From the IMG/VR virus record IMGVR_UViG_3300031655_000017, positions 1 to 37,594 of that record: 37,594 nt of DNA; one strand, written 5' to 3'. Shown one piece after another: positions 1-7,750 of this stretch (position 1 is its first letter; each line of letters begins with the position of its first letter). A program made the position numbers and the translations under genes. Source of the DNA: a virus. Its lineage: Duplodnaviria; Caudoviricetes. The notes under the pieces were generated by a model. That model saw nothing but the letters and a program-made list of their open reading frames with translations. It did not search any database and was not told the DNA's origin.

Positions 1-153
1 TGCTTGCGATGTAATAAAAAATTCAAAAGCTCGTGGATTGGCAATCGCATGTGCTGGCGTTGCGTCGACGCAAACGGCAGTGAATATATGGGCCCAGTCA
101 GCGAGCGCATAAACGCAAAATCTCGTAACGTCAACAGAAAGCGAAACGAATAA
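1..153 (+). CDS. Partial (5'-truncated) small zinc-finger protein
   Basis: Frame 1 reads CLRCNKKFKSSWIGNRMCWRC...NE*; its TAA overlaps the next ATG (TAATG); absent from the ORF track. Confidence 0.75.
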   Translation, partial: CLRCNKKFKSSWIGNRMCWRCVDANGSEYMGPVSERINAKSRNVNRKRNE

Positions 154-341
154 TGATAAAAGAATACACGGTGGTCGTGACGCGCGACATAACCGAGTCA
201 ACCACAATTTACATCAACGCCAACTCGATTGATGAGGCGGAGAAAGCGGCGTTGTTGACTGCCAAAATGAAAGAGCACAATTGGGTCAAGGGGTCCGACT
301 ATGAATCCCCTTATGTGACCGATATCTCAGGTGGCATATGA
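153..341 (+). CDS. Hypothetical phage protein (62 aa)
   Basis: TAATG and ATGA overlaps with neighbours; no recognisable motif. Confidence 0.7.
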   Translation: MIKEYTVVVTRDITESTTIYINANSIDEAEKAALLTAKMKEHNWVKGSDYESPYVTDISGGI

Positions 342-574
342 ACGCTAAACAGTTCAGGGACGCGCGCCACGAGCTGGCGCACACCCAGCACAGCTTGGGG
401 CAGTTCATCGGCGTCACAGCGCGCCATATATCCCGCTATGAGTCAGGCAAGCAGAAGGTGCCACAATCAAAAGCGATTTTAATGGGGATGATGCTTATTA
501 AAAAATCACAACAAGACCGACGCCACGGGCGTCATATGCGCAAAAAGAAGCTAGAACACGCCGCCAAACATTAG
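338..574 (+). CDS. XRE-family helix-turn-helix protein
   Basis: FRDARHELAHTQHSLGQFIGVTARHISRYESG, classic XRE HTH pattern; SD-like AGGTGG. Confidence 0.85.
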   Translation: MNAKQFRDARHELAHTQHSLGQFIGVTARHISRYESGKQKVPQSKAILMGMMLIKKSQQDRRHGRHMRKKKLEHAAKH

Positions 575-814
575 AGGAAACTCTCCTCTAAAATCTAAGG
601 GCAGAAATCGGCTGATTTCTGCCCTTTTTTACGCCAAATCCGCCGCCAAAAGGGAAGTTAGAGCAAATACGCGGTTTTCCTTAGAGTCTCTGTATTTATA
701 TATATAATATTATTATTATTATTCTATATTACTATACTCTACTACTCTATCTCCCCTTCTTAAAACAAAAAACATAGGCGGGCGGCGGCGTTCAGCGTTA
801 GAGGAAACCTAGAG
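571..814. other. Candidate replication origin: AT-rich core flanked by TAGAG-containing repeats
   Basis: Near-pure A/T tract ~692-735; TAGAG/CTCTA at 572, 586, 659, 682, 737, 745, 799, 810; TTAGAGGAAAC at 571 and 798; lies just downstream of the primase-helicase gene. Confidence 0.5.
597..630 (+). terminator. Rho-independent terminator
   Basis: AAGGGCAGAAATC-ggct-GATTTCTGCCCTT followed by TTTT, just after the 338..574 stop. Confidence 0.8.
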
Positions 815-825
815 GAGTTTTTATT

Positions 826-3123
826 TTATCCCAAGTCTGCGCTAATTTCGACCACATTTGACGCCAATTCTGTTTTGCTCATCTCCTCTATGAACATATT
901 TGCTTGGCGCAAGTCATCTTGTGCCACCCATTTCTGTCTCTGGCGGATGGCGCGCAGCTCAGTTTGTTTTCCATTTATCAAATATCGCGCACCATTTTTG
1001 GTGTCGTCGGCGCGTAATGTTTTAATTTTACGCCAAATCAACCGGCCAGTTGCGCCAGGTTCACGCATGATTTTCTCCAAATCCAGGTCTCGCGCAGCCC
1101 AGCCAATAGCAGTTTTTAAGGTCTTCGCAGATACCAAATCCGGGGCGTGATGCTCCAGAATATGATCAAAGATAATATCAGACGGGGCCCGGCTGCTCTC
1201 TGTCATCATCGCTTTGGTGGCTGTCATCGGCGGGTAGATGTGGTCATACTCACTAACATCGCGCCTCATGAGCCACCAATACGCGCGCTGTGCTTCGTCG
1301 CCCGACAGAGCGGCGTTCAGTTTATCATAATACGCGTACCCTCGTCGCGTGGTCGGGTTTTCGATGCAGAATGTGCGCCGGCATTCCTCCTCCAATGCAA
1401 TAGCATCAATATGATTCGAGAATATCAGTGCATTAAAATAGATGTTAGTGGTGCGGGTGCGCCCGTACTTTGGGTTAATGCGCTGATTCTCACCCACGCT
1501 GGTGTCGACACGCTGTTTAAACGTGTCGTAGGCGTGATAAAAATCATCGCGAGTAAGCGACGAGTCTTTCGACTCCTCAACCACGAGATATTGGCAGTCG
1601 GCCATCCAGTCATTATAGGTCTGCTCGGCGGATGTGCCTTTTCCAATAAGCTGGCCCATTGAGGCTGTATTGATGTTGCCTTGCAACACACGTTCGAGGA
1701 ACTTTTTTATCCACGAGCGCCCGGTGCCGAATGCGTTCTCGGCCACCATGATCACAGCGTAGGAGCGTGAGTCGGGGTATTGCAGTTTATAGGCTAGCCA
1801 GTTGAGGAACACCTCCCGCTCGGTTTTCTTCGGTATAAGGAACTCGATGTGTTCTAAAAACACACCCGGCACAAGCGTCGTCTCCGCGTGATTGGGCGGC
1901 ACGTATGTGTTGAGATAGGCTTGGCCGTGCGCCTGCACCACGCCCACGTCTTGCCAGCGCTTGACCGGCTTATAGATGGTGTCGACGGCGCGGCGTGTGC
2001 GTGAGCTGGTGAGAAAAGCAGTCGAGACCGGCACGGGGGTGTCGGCGCCGGGCATACTGACCTTGCCCATGTGCTTCAGTTTCCAGTCGGCCAGCGGCCA
2101 CATCCACTTCCCGCCATGCGGGCGCTGGAGTACATCGGCGACACGCTGTTCCGACTCAACATAAACATACTGCGCTTGCAGCCACGGCAGCGGGTCATAC
2201 CCTGCAACATGCGGCGCGCCCCGCCCCTTGCCCCACTTGACGAGGTCAGCCAAGCGCTTGTCCGTACAATGATCATGTTGGCATTTAAAGGCTCGCGTCG
2301 GGACATAATCGCCATCACCTCGCCCTAGTGGGCTGTAACCGGCGACGTTCTCACCAGTGGTGTGCTGGTCGGCCCACGGACAGATAATATCCACCCAGGC
2401 GTGGCCGCCATCTTTAATAATCATGCCTTGCGTCGCCAACCAATCCAACATAGGGTCGATGTTGGCTCTTGCCTCAAAACTTCCCGTTTTGATGTTGATG
2501 ACCTCGGCGCTTTGAGTCTCCTCCCGCAGAGCGTCGAGGTCTGCTCCCATATCCCCGACTAACTCTTCGGCAGACCACATGGGCATGTCCCAGTGTCCAA
2601 CCAAACTATGAAACATGTCACGGCCCGGTTTGAGATTGGCTGATCCAGGGACGCGCACCACCCGGTATGCGCCACCGGCACCGCCGTCTCCCCATCCTTT
2701 ATCGGCACACCATGTGAAGAGCGCTTCGAGTAAGCTGAACTCAGTGGACGGTTCAAGGAAGTATCCATATTGGAAATTGTCTTTCGACGTTTCGATCTTC
2801 CAGGATGGCTCGACAGGAGGCGGTGTTGCTTTAGTGCCGATGTCATCGAGAACAAAACAGTGCTGGCGTACCAAGTTAGCCCGCCCGCGCCCCACCATCG
2901 AACCTTTCGCATTCATCTCTCCATCTACTGTGGACACGCAGAAGTACCATGCGTGATCCTGTTTATCCGAGTCCCACTTGCGCCATGCCCTATCGGCCGT
3001 CAGGTGGTTGCTGAAGAACGAACCGTTGCCGTCCTCCTTCATTATCTGCCGGCAGACCATGACATTCTCACCATCCTCCAGCTCGGCGAAGATAGTGTCT
3101 AAGAACTCATTCGCTTTGATCAT
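826..3123 (-). CDS. Primase-helicase (RepB'-type AEP primase, Zn-binding module, SF3/DUF5906-like helicase)
   Basis: VLDD..P.W.IETS..N.Q.GY and R.PGS.N.K primase motifs; CPW..HT / FKCQHDHC; Walker A-like GTGRS, Walker B LVVEE, FSNH, RR. Confidence 0.88.
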   Translation of the reverse strand: MIKANEFLDTIFAELEDGENVMVCRQIMKEDGNGSFFSNHLTADRAWRKWDSDKQDHAWYFCVSTVDGEMNAKGSMVGRGRANLVRQHCFVLDDIGTKATPPPVEPSWKIETSKDNFQYGYFLEPSTEFSLLEALFTWCADKGWGDGGAGGAYRVVRVPGSANLKPGRDMFHSLVGHWDMPMWSAEELVGDMGADLDALREETQSAEVINIKTGSFEARANIDPMLDWLATQGMIIKDGGHAWVDIICPWADQHTTGENVAGYSPLGRGDGDYVPTRAFKCQHDHCTDKRLADLVKWGKGRGAPHVAGYDPLPWLQAQYVYVESEQRVADVLQRPHGGKWMWPLADWKLKHMGKVSMPGADTPVPVSTAFLTSSRTRRAVDTIYKPVKRWQDVGVVQAHGQAYLNTYVPPNHAETTLVPGVFLEHIEFLIPKKTEREVFLNWLAYKLQYPDSRSYAVIMVAENAFGTGRSWIKKFLERVLQGNINTASMGQLIGKGTSAEQTYNDWMADCQYLVVEESKDSSLTRDDFYHAYDTFKQRVDTSVGENQRINPKYGRTRTTNIYFNALIFSNHIDAIALEEECRRTFCIENPTTRRGYAYYDKLNAALSGDEAQRAYWWLMRRDVSEYDHIYPPMTATKAMMTESSRAPSDIIFDHILEHHAPDLVSAKTLKTAIGWAARDLDLEKIMREPGATGRLIWRKIKTLRADDTKNGARYLINGKQTELRAIRQRQKWVAQDDLRQANMFIEEMSKTELASNVVEISADLG

Positions 3124-3374
3124 AGTACCGGTCCTTCCATCACGCCGTTGTCCTTGTCGAAAAACTTGGGCATGGCGGGGTTCTTGGGAAAACCGCCCGC
3201 CCAGGCTTCATACAACATGAGCCGGTCGTCGGGGCTGTAGGTGAGGCGTCCCTTATAACCCTTACCCTCTGCGCGTAGCCGCTTTTCAAGTCGGGACAAC
3301 CACTCTTTACTGCTTACGGTGTCGTCGTTGGTCGTCTGGATGGCGTAGTCTGGTTTTGTCACTATGCGGGGCAT
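3120..3374 (-). CDS. Hypothetical protein (84 aa; start revised to ATG 3374)
   Basis: TAATG coupling to the upstream gene and ATGA coupling to the primase. Confidence 0.65.
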   Translation of the reverse strand: MPRIVTKPDYAIQTTNDDTVSSKEWLSRLEKRLRAEGKGYKGRLTYSPDDRLMLYEAWAGGFPKNPAMPKFFDKDNGVMEGPVL

Positions 3375-3574
3375 TATGCTAATCCTTCTGCTATGCTGAG
3401 ACATGAACTGCACCGGCGGTTGCCGATCCAGGTGCTTTCAAAAATTCTCTGACAGCTTATACATTTACGTTCTGCTGTCTTTAATTTAGGTGAGGGAGAT
3501 GGCATCCGCGAGTATTGATCACGTCGCCGCTTCCAATACTCTTTGCCGGCGTATGTCATGCCACTACCTTTCAT
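3374..3574 (-). CDS. Small zinc-finger protein (start 3574 or 3559)
   Basis: RKCISCQRIFESTWIGNRRCSSC; ATGA overlap with the helicase stop. Confidence 0.7.
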   Translation of the reverse strand: MKGSGMTYAGKEYWKRRRDQYSRMPSPSPKLKTAERKCISCQRIFESTWIGNRRCSSCLSIAEGLA

Positions 3575-4899
3575 TTCATATGGGATTTCAAAAGCTCCAT
3601 CCACTCTGCGTTCCCTTTGACGCGCTGAGTGACGATGTGATCGACGGAGGCGTCGCACATTAGGGTCGTGACGTTCACCTGCTTCGTTTGCCCGGTGCGC
3701 CACAACCTGCCGTAGCCCTGGATGAAAGCATCTCGGCTCCAGACAGGCTGGAAGAATAATAGGTCGGCGTATTGGTGTTGCAGCCCCTCAACCCCGTGGC
3801 TCATGGAGTTGATCTGAGCGATCTCGACCGTTTCCGGCGCCCACGCCTTGAGTAGCTTCTCTTGCTCAACGAACTCGTAGAACACGAGGCCGGGTCGGCC
3901 CTCAAGCTCTGTCCACCACCCACAGGCGGCGAGTAGGCGCTCTTGATCGAGCCGCACGATGCGTGTGCGCTCCCGGTCTTGGTACATGAAGCCCGAAGCG
4001 ATCTGGCGCAGCTTGCCGACGTTGACGGCTGCGTTGGCGGCGTCGATGATTGTGTCCTGATCCTCGAAGTTGGGCGGCTCGGGGTTGTCAATGGCGTCGA
4101 TCAAGTCGGCCTCGACCTCGACCACCATATCGCTTTTCATGGTCTCGTACAGCGCGAGCGTGTCCTTTGGCATCGAGAACTTGATCTCATGGAACACCAG
4201 CGGCGGCAGCTTCTCTTCTTTATTAAAAGGCATCATGTGGACTAGCGGTGCCACAGCATCAAGTATCTGCTCGGCCGCGCCCTCGCGCAGTGTCAGCTCA
4301 TGGCCGTTATAGTCTTCAGTGAAGTACTTAGCCTCGAACTTACTCTGGTTGGTGCCGAGTGACGCGCCGCCGTCGATTATGCGCGCCATCTTGAACAACT
4401 TCTCCAGGTTCTGGCTCACCGGTGACGCCGTCAGGCCGCAGCGCCACGTAAAGCGCGCACCGTACTTCTTTGAACGCAGTGAGCGCGTCTGCTTGCCGGC
4501 TGCTTTTGACAGCTCGTCGATCACGATGCCGGTGGCGGCGTGGGCTTGGGTTGTCAACAACCAATCGAGGTTGTTGAGGGATACCACTATAACCTGGGGG
4601 TTATCGCAGTTTAATTCATGCGCGCGCGCAGCGGGCGCACCTTTTAGTTGGCGTATAACTAAACCGTCAAGGTGCCGCCATTTGTCCGCCTCACGTAACC
4701 ACACATCCTTAGCCAACACCTTCGCCGGCACCGCCACGATGAAGCGCTTGTGCGCGCCGCTGTCGAGCAGCTCCTTCATGGCGGTCAGGCACATCACGGT
4801 CTTGCCTTCGCCGGTGTCAGCGACGATGATGGACTCATCACCGTTGTACATGAACGAGATGGTGTCTTGCTGGTCTTTGGTTAGTGTGAGGTCAGTCAT
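3571..4899 (-). CDS. SNF2-like (SF2) helicase; start revised to 4899
   Basis: DTGEGKT, IVIDELS, GLTASP, KLRQIASGF, QGYGRLWRTGQ; ATGA overlap with the VRR-NUC stop. Confidence 0.9.
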   Translation of the reverse strand: MTDLTLTKDQQDTISFMYNGDESIIVADTGEGKTVMCLTAMKELLDSGAHKRFIVAVPAKVLAKDVWLREADKWRHLDGLVIRQLKGAPAARAHELNCDNPQVIVVSLNNLDWLLTTQAHAATGIVIDELSKAAGKQTRSLRSKKYGARFTWRCGLTASPVSQNLEKLFKMARIIDGGASLGTNQSKFEAKYFTEDYNGHELTLREGAAEQILDAVAPLVHMMPFNKEEKLPPLVFHEIKFSMPKDTLALYETMKSDMVVEVEADLIDAIDNPEPPNFEDQDTIIDAANAAVNVGKLRQIASGFMYQDRERTRIVRLDQERLLAACGWWTELEGRPGLVFYEFVEQEKLLKAWAPETVEIAQINSMSHGVEGLQHQYADLLFFQPVWSRDAFIQGYGRLWRTGQTKQVNVTTLMCDASVDHIVTQRVKGNAEWMELLKSHMK

Positions 4900-5177
4900 G
4901 TTAAGTGTTCCACCCATTCATCTACAGCGGCCACGCTGTCTATCACCACCACCGTAGCGCCAGCAGCTTTAAGCCTATTGATCTCTAGTGTTTGTTTCGC
5001 GCTGAGTTTTCCCTGTCCATCAGGTCGCTTCAACTCCATCAAAACGACTTGACCATCTGCCGCCAGGAACCTGTCAGGGAATCCTGTCTGACCCACCGCC
5101 ACCAGCTTGCGGCAGTAGATGTCATGCTTGCGGCACTGTTTGACAAGGTACTGGTCGAGTTGCTTTTCAGTTTTCAT
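4896..5177 (-). CDS. VRR-NUC nuclease (resolvase-like); start revised to 5177
   Basis: E..L...L / TGFPDR / MELKRPDG.G.LS..Q, PD-(D/E)XK pattern; GGGAAAG SD. Confidence 0.88.
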   Translation of the reverse strand: MKTEKQLDQYLVKQCRKHDIYCRKLVAVGQTGFPDRFLAADGQVVLMELKRPDGQGKLSAKQTLEINRLKAAGATVVVIDSVAAVDEWVEHLT

Positions 5178-5189
5178 AAACTTTCCCGA

Positions 5190-5236
5190 TTGACGTAGGG
5201 TGTGAAGTATCATACATTCACTTTTGAAAATTGCAA
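5190..5236. promoter_or_regulatory. Overlapping divergent sigma70-like promoters with a palindromic operator candidate
   Basis: + strand TTGACG(5190)-17-TACATT(5213); - strand TTGCAA(5236)-16-TATGAT(5214); imperfect palindrome GTGAA-GTAT-c-ATAC-a-TTCAC at 5202-5221. Confidence 0.6.
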
Positions 5237-5250
5237 ACGGAGAATTTCAG

Positions 5251-5460
5251 ATGGGTTCCAAAGAGAAAGCGTTGGCCGAACTTGAAGAGGTCATAAAGAA
5301 ATATGATCTGGCGGACTCAACGGTGGGCCGCGCAATAGCGGGCGACCCGCACTTCATGGAGCGTATGCGTGACGAGCGGCGCGCGGTTACAACAAAGACG
5401 CTTGACAATGTGGGTAGGTACATACTAAAACAGCGTGGTCAGTTGGATTTTGAATTTTAA
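5251..5460 (+). CDS. Cro-like HTH regulator (69 aa; start ATG 5251)
   Basis: STVGRAIAGDPHFMERMR pattern typical of alphaproteobacterial phage HTH proteins; GGAGA SD. Confidence 0.7.
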   Translation: MGSKEKALAELEEVIKKYDLADSTVGRAIAGDPHFMERMRDERRAVTTKTLDNVGRYILKQRGQLDFEF

Positions 5461-5483
5461 ATTTTGGAGAAGGAACGGCAAAC

Positions 5484-6635
5484 ATGACAATTCACCTACC
5501 ATTTGGCGGCTCGACCGCTGCCCGCACACTCGGATGCCCTGCGTGGCATCGTAAGTCAGAGAACCTCCCCCGTAAGCCTGCCGGTGCCGCTGCCATTGAG
5601 GGCAGTATGCACCATGAGGTGCAAGAGAAGTGCCAGCGCCAGGTTATCACGCCAGAGGCGTGCCTCGGGCTGGTCTACACTGAAGATGATGTGTCGCGCG
5701 GCTTCGGTGAAGACGACCTCGAACTCTCTAACATCGCGTACAACGCCACCAACGCGCTGCTTGATAATCTTGACATCGATCAGATCGAGGTCGAGCCGTT
5801 TGTCCAACTGGTTGAAGGTACGGCAGGCGGCTCTATCGATCTGCTGGGGTTGTCGGCTGACGGTAAAACAGCGTTGGTGTTGGACTACAAGTTCGGCAGC
5901 GTGCCGGTCAGCGTGGAGAACAACGCACAACTCCTTTCATACGCGGCGAGCGCCTGTGCTGACCCAAGCACATCTGATATGTTTGATGGTGTTGATAATG
6001 TTGTGATCGCGATCATTCAACCACGCAAGAAAGGCGTCACTTTCACACAGACACTATCTGTCGAAGAGGTGGCTTCGTTCAGGACGAAATATTACAAGGC
6101 GGTAGTCCTCGCGGATGAACCCAACGCGCCGGTAATCCCCGGCCCACATTGTAGGTTTTGCCCTGCTGCACCCTACTGCTCGGAGCGGCGTTTAAACGTG
6201 GTGGCGACCAACCTGTTGGGTAAGGAAGAGTTGAGTCAGTTGCAGGCCGCTGCCGACGTGGTGACCGAGACCGAGGCGTGGCTGAAGGAGATCAAGGAAG
6301 AGATGTACCTTCAGATTTCTCGCGGCGTGCCGCTCAACGGCTGGAAGCTGGTCAACAAGCGCGCTACACGTAAGTGGATTCACGCGCCCACTGCGTGCAA
6401 AGCGATTAGCGCTACTAAAAAATTCAAGAAGGCCGACCTCCACACGAGAGCGTTAATGTCGCCAGCTCAGATGGAGAAATTTATCAAGAAAGCCAAGGTC
6501 GATATCGACCTCACCTCATTCATTGAGTCGGTGAGTTCTGGCACCACAATCGCACCCTCATCCGATGACGCAGAAGCCGTCATCGTATCAGATGTGCAGG
6601 GCCACCTCGCTGACATAATGGGTAAAGCGGAATAA
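5484..6635 (+). CDS. DUF2800 / Cas4-like PD-(D/E)XK exonuclease
   Basis: A.EGS.HH, GGSIDL, LDYKFG, N.QLLSYA, PGPHCRFCPAAPYC. Confidence 0.88.
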   Translation: MTIHLPFGGSTAARTLGCPAWHRKSENLPRKPAGAAAIEGSMHHEVQEKCQRQVITPEACLGLVYTEDDVSRGFGEDDLELSNIAYNATNALLDNLDIDQIEVEPFVQLVEGTAGGSIDLLGLSADGKTALVLDYKFGSVPVSVENNAQLLSYAASACADPSTSDMFDGVDNVVIAIIQPRKKGVTFTQTLSVEEVASFRTKYYKAVVLADEPNAPVIPGPHCRFCPAAPYCSERRLNVVATNLLGKEELSQLQAAADVVTETEAWLKEIKEEMYLQISRGVPLNGWKLVNKRATRKWIHAPTACKAISATKKFKKADLHTRALMSPAQMEKFIKKAKVDIDLTSFIESVSSGTTIAPSSDDAEAVIVSDVQGHLADIMGKAE

Positions 6636-6670
6636 TCTGCATTAAACTTTAAACATTGGAGAATAAAATT

Positions 6671-7384
6671 ATGGCTACCAGTTTCCCCGTAGTACAGAAC
6701 GTCGACGACCTTTCGCTCGCTCTTTCGCAGTCGAAGGTTCAAGAGCAGGGAGGTGCCAGCGGCGTCTCTTTCCTCAAGATGGACTACCGCACCGGGGAAT
6801 TTACCCTCGGCGTACACAGCGATATCGTCACCGGCGATGAAGTATTAATCCATACACCGTCAATTCAGCATGGTTGGATTATGTGGTCGGGTAACCGCCC
6901 GCAGAAGAAGATGGTCAGCTTTACCGCTGATCTGCCGATGCCGATGGACGCCAATGGCAAGGACACGCCGTCAGAGGGGCGTACCTTCCTCGGCGCTATG
7001 TATGATGGCGGCGATATGTTGTCTTATGAGGGTAACTCCTATGGCATTAGAAAAGGGGTTGATACCCTGCTTGGTCAAATCCGCGCGCACTCAGCGGCGG
7101 GGTCGAAGCACCTATACCCGTTGGTCACGCTCGGCAGCGAGCGATACCACAGCGCCAAGGTGATGAAAGACCCGAAAGGTGAGCAGTGGGTCCACAACCC
7201 CGTGTTCACTATCATCGCCTGGTGTGATGCGGAGGGTAATAAGGAAGGTGAACCGGCGAAAGCGATTGAAGCTGAAGCCGCACCTGTGGATCAGGAAGCT
7301 GCGCCAGAGGTCACCCCAGCAGAAACGCAGCCGGAGCCGCCAAAACGTCGGCAGCGTCGGCAGCGTACACAACCAGCAGCCTGA
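6671..7384 (+). CDS. Putative ssDNA-binding/annealing protein; start ATG 6671
   Basis: Position between DUF2800 and PolA; FLKMD..G..TLG, SIQHGWI.W, aromatic-rich core, disordered tail; GGAG SD. Confidence 0.6.
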   Translation: MATSFPVVQNVDDLSLALSQSKVQEQGGASGVSFLKMDYRTGEFTLGVHSDIVTGDEVLIHTPSIQHGWIMWSGNRPQKKMVSFTADLPMPMDANGKDTPSEGRTFLGAMYDGGDMLSYEGNSYGIRKGVDTLLGQIRAHSAAGSKHLYPLVTLGSERYHSAKVMKDPKGEQWVHNPVFTIIAWCDAEGNKEGEPAKAIEAEAAPVDQEAAPEVTPAETQPEPPKRRQRRQRTQPAA

Positions 7385-7424
7385 CTTGCCGCAGGCTGCG
7401 AGCGCGGGCATTAGCTCGTGAGCG

Positions 7425-7472
7425 CGGCGCGCCAAGGTTAATCCCTTTTCCTTGGCGCGCCGTTTGGTTTTT
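7425..7472 (+). terminator. Terminator-like hairpin
   Basis: 13-bp stem CGGCGCGCCAAGG / CCTTGGCGCGCCG with a 12-nt loop, then TTTGGTTTTT. Confidence 0.7.
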
Positions 7473-7555
7473 CAATTATGTTCAGGGACTTGATACATCG
7501 CTGAACGGGGGTGCTACTGCCGTGGCACCCCCACCTTAAATCGGGAGAATTTGAG

Positions 7556-7750
7556 ATGAGTATTAATTCATACGTAGGTAAATTAGTGTTCGATAATAAT
7601 ATTAGTTCTGATCTGGAGGATCAGGTAAAAACTCTTAATGAAGTCACCGACCTTCACCACGCGCGCATGGATATGATGATTGCGACTATCACCCGGCTGA
7701 CGGATCGGGTTCAGTTTTTGGAGCGTCTAGTTACCGACGATGGTAAGTGA
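7556..7750 (+). CDS. Small coiled-coil protein (64 aa; start ATG 7556)
   Basis: GGGAG SD; heptad pattern; GTGA overlap with the polymerase start. Confidence 0.65.
   Translation: MSINSYVGKLVFDNNISSDLEDQVKTLNEVTDLHHARMDMMIATITRLTDRVQFLERLVTDDGK

Noticed and set aside
5402-5431. Internal TTGACA promoter in the HTH gene
   Set aside because: No acceptable -10 element at 16-18 nt spacing
5484-6635. Cas4 as evidence of a CRISPR system
   Set aside because: DUF2800-type exonucleases are routine in this replication module; no array or other cas genes
7112-7435. Antisense 107-aa ORF starting in the terminator hairpin
   Set aside because: TTG start buried in a 13-bp stem; overlaps the SSB-like gene antisense; no motifs
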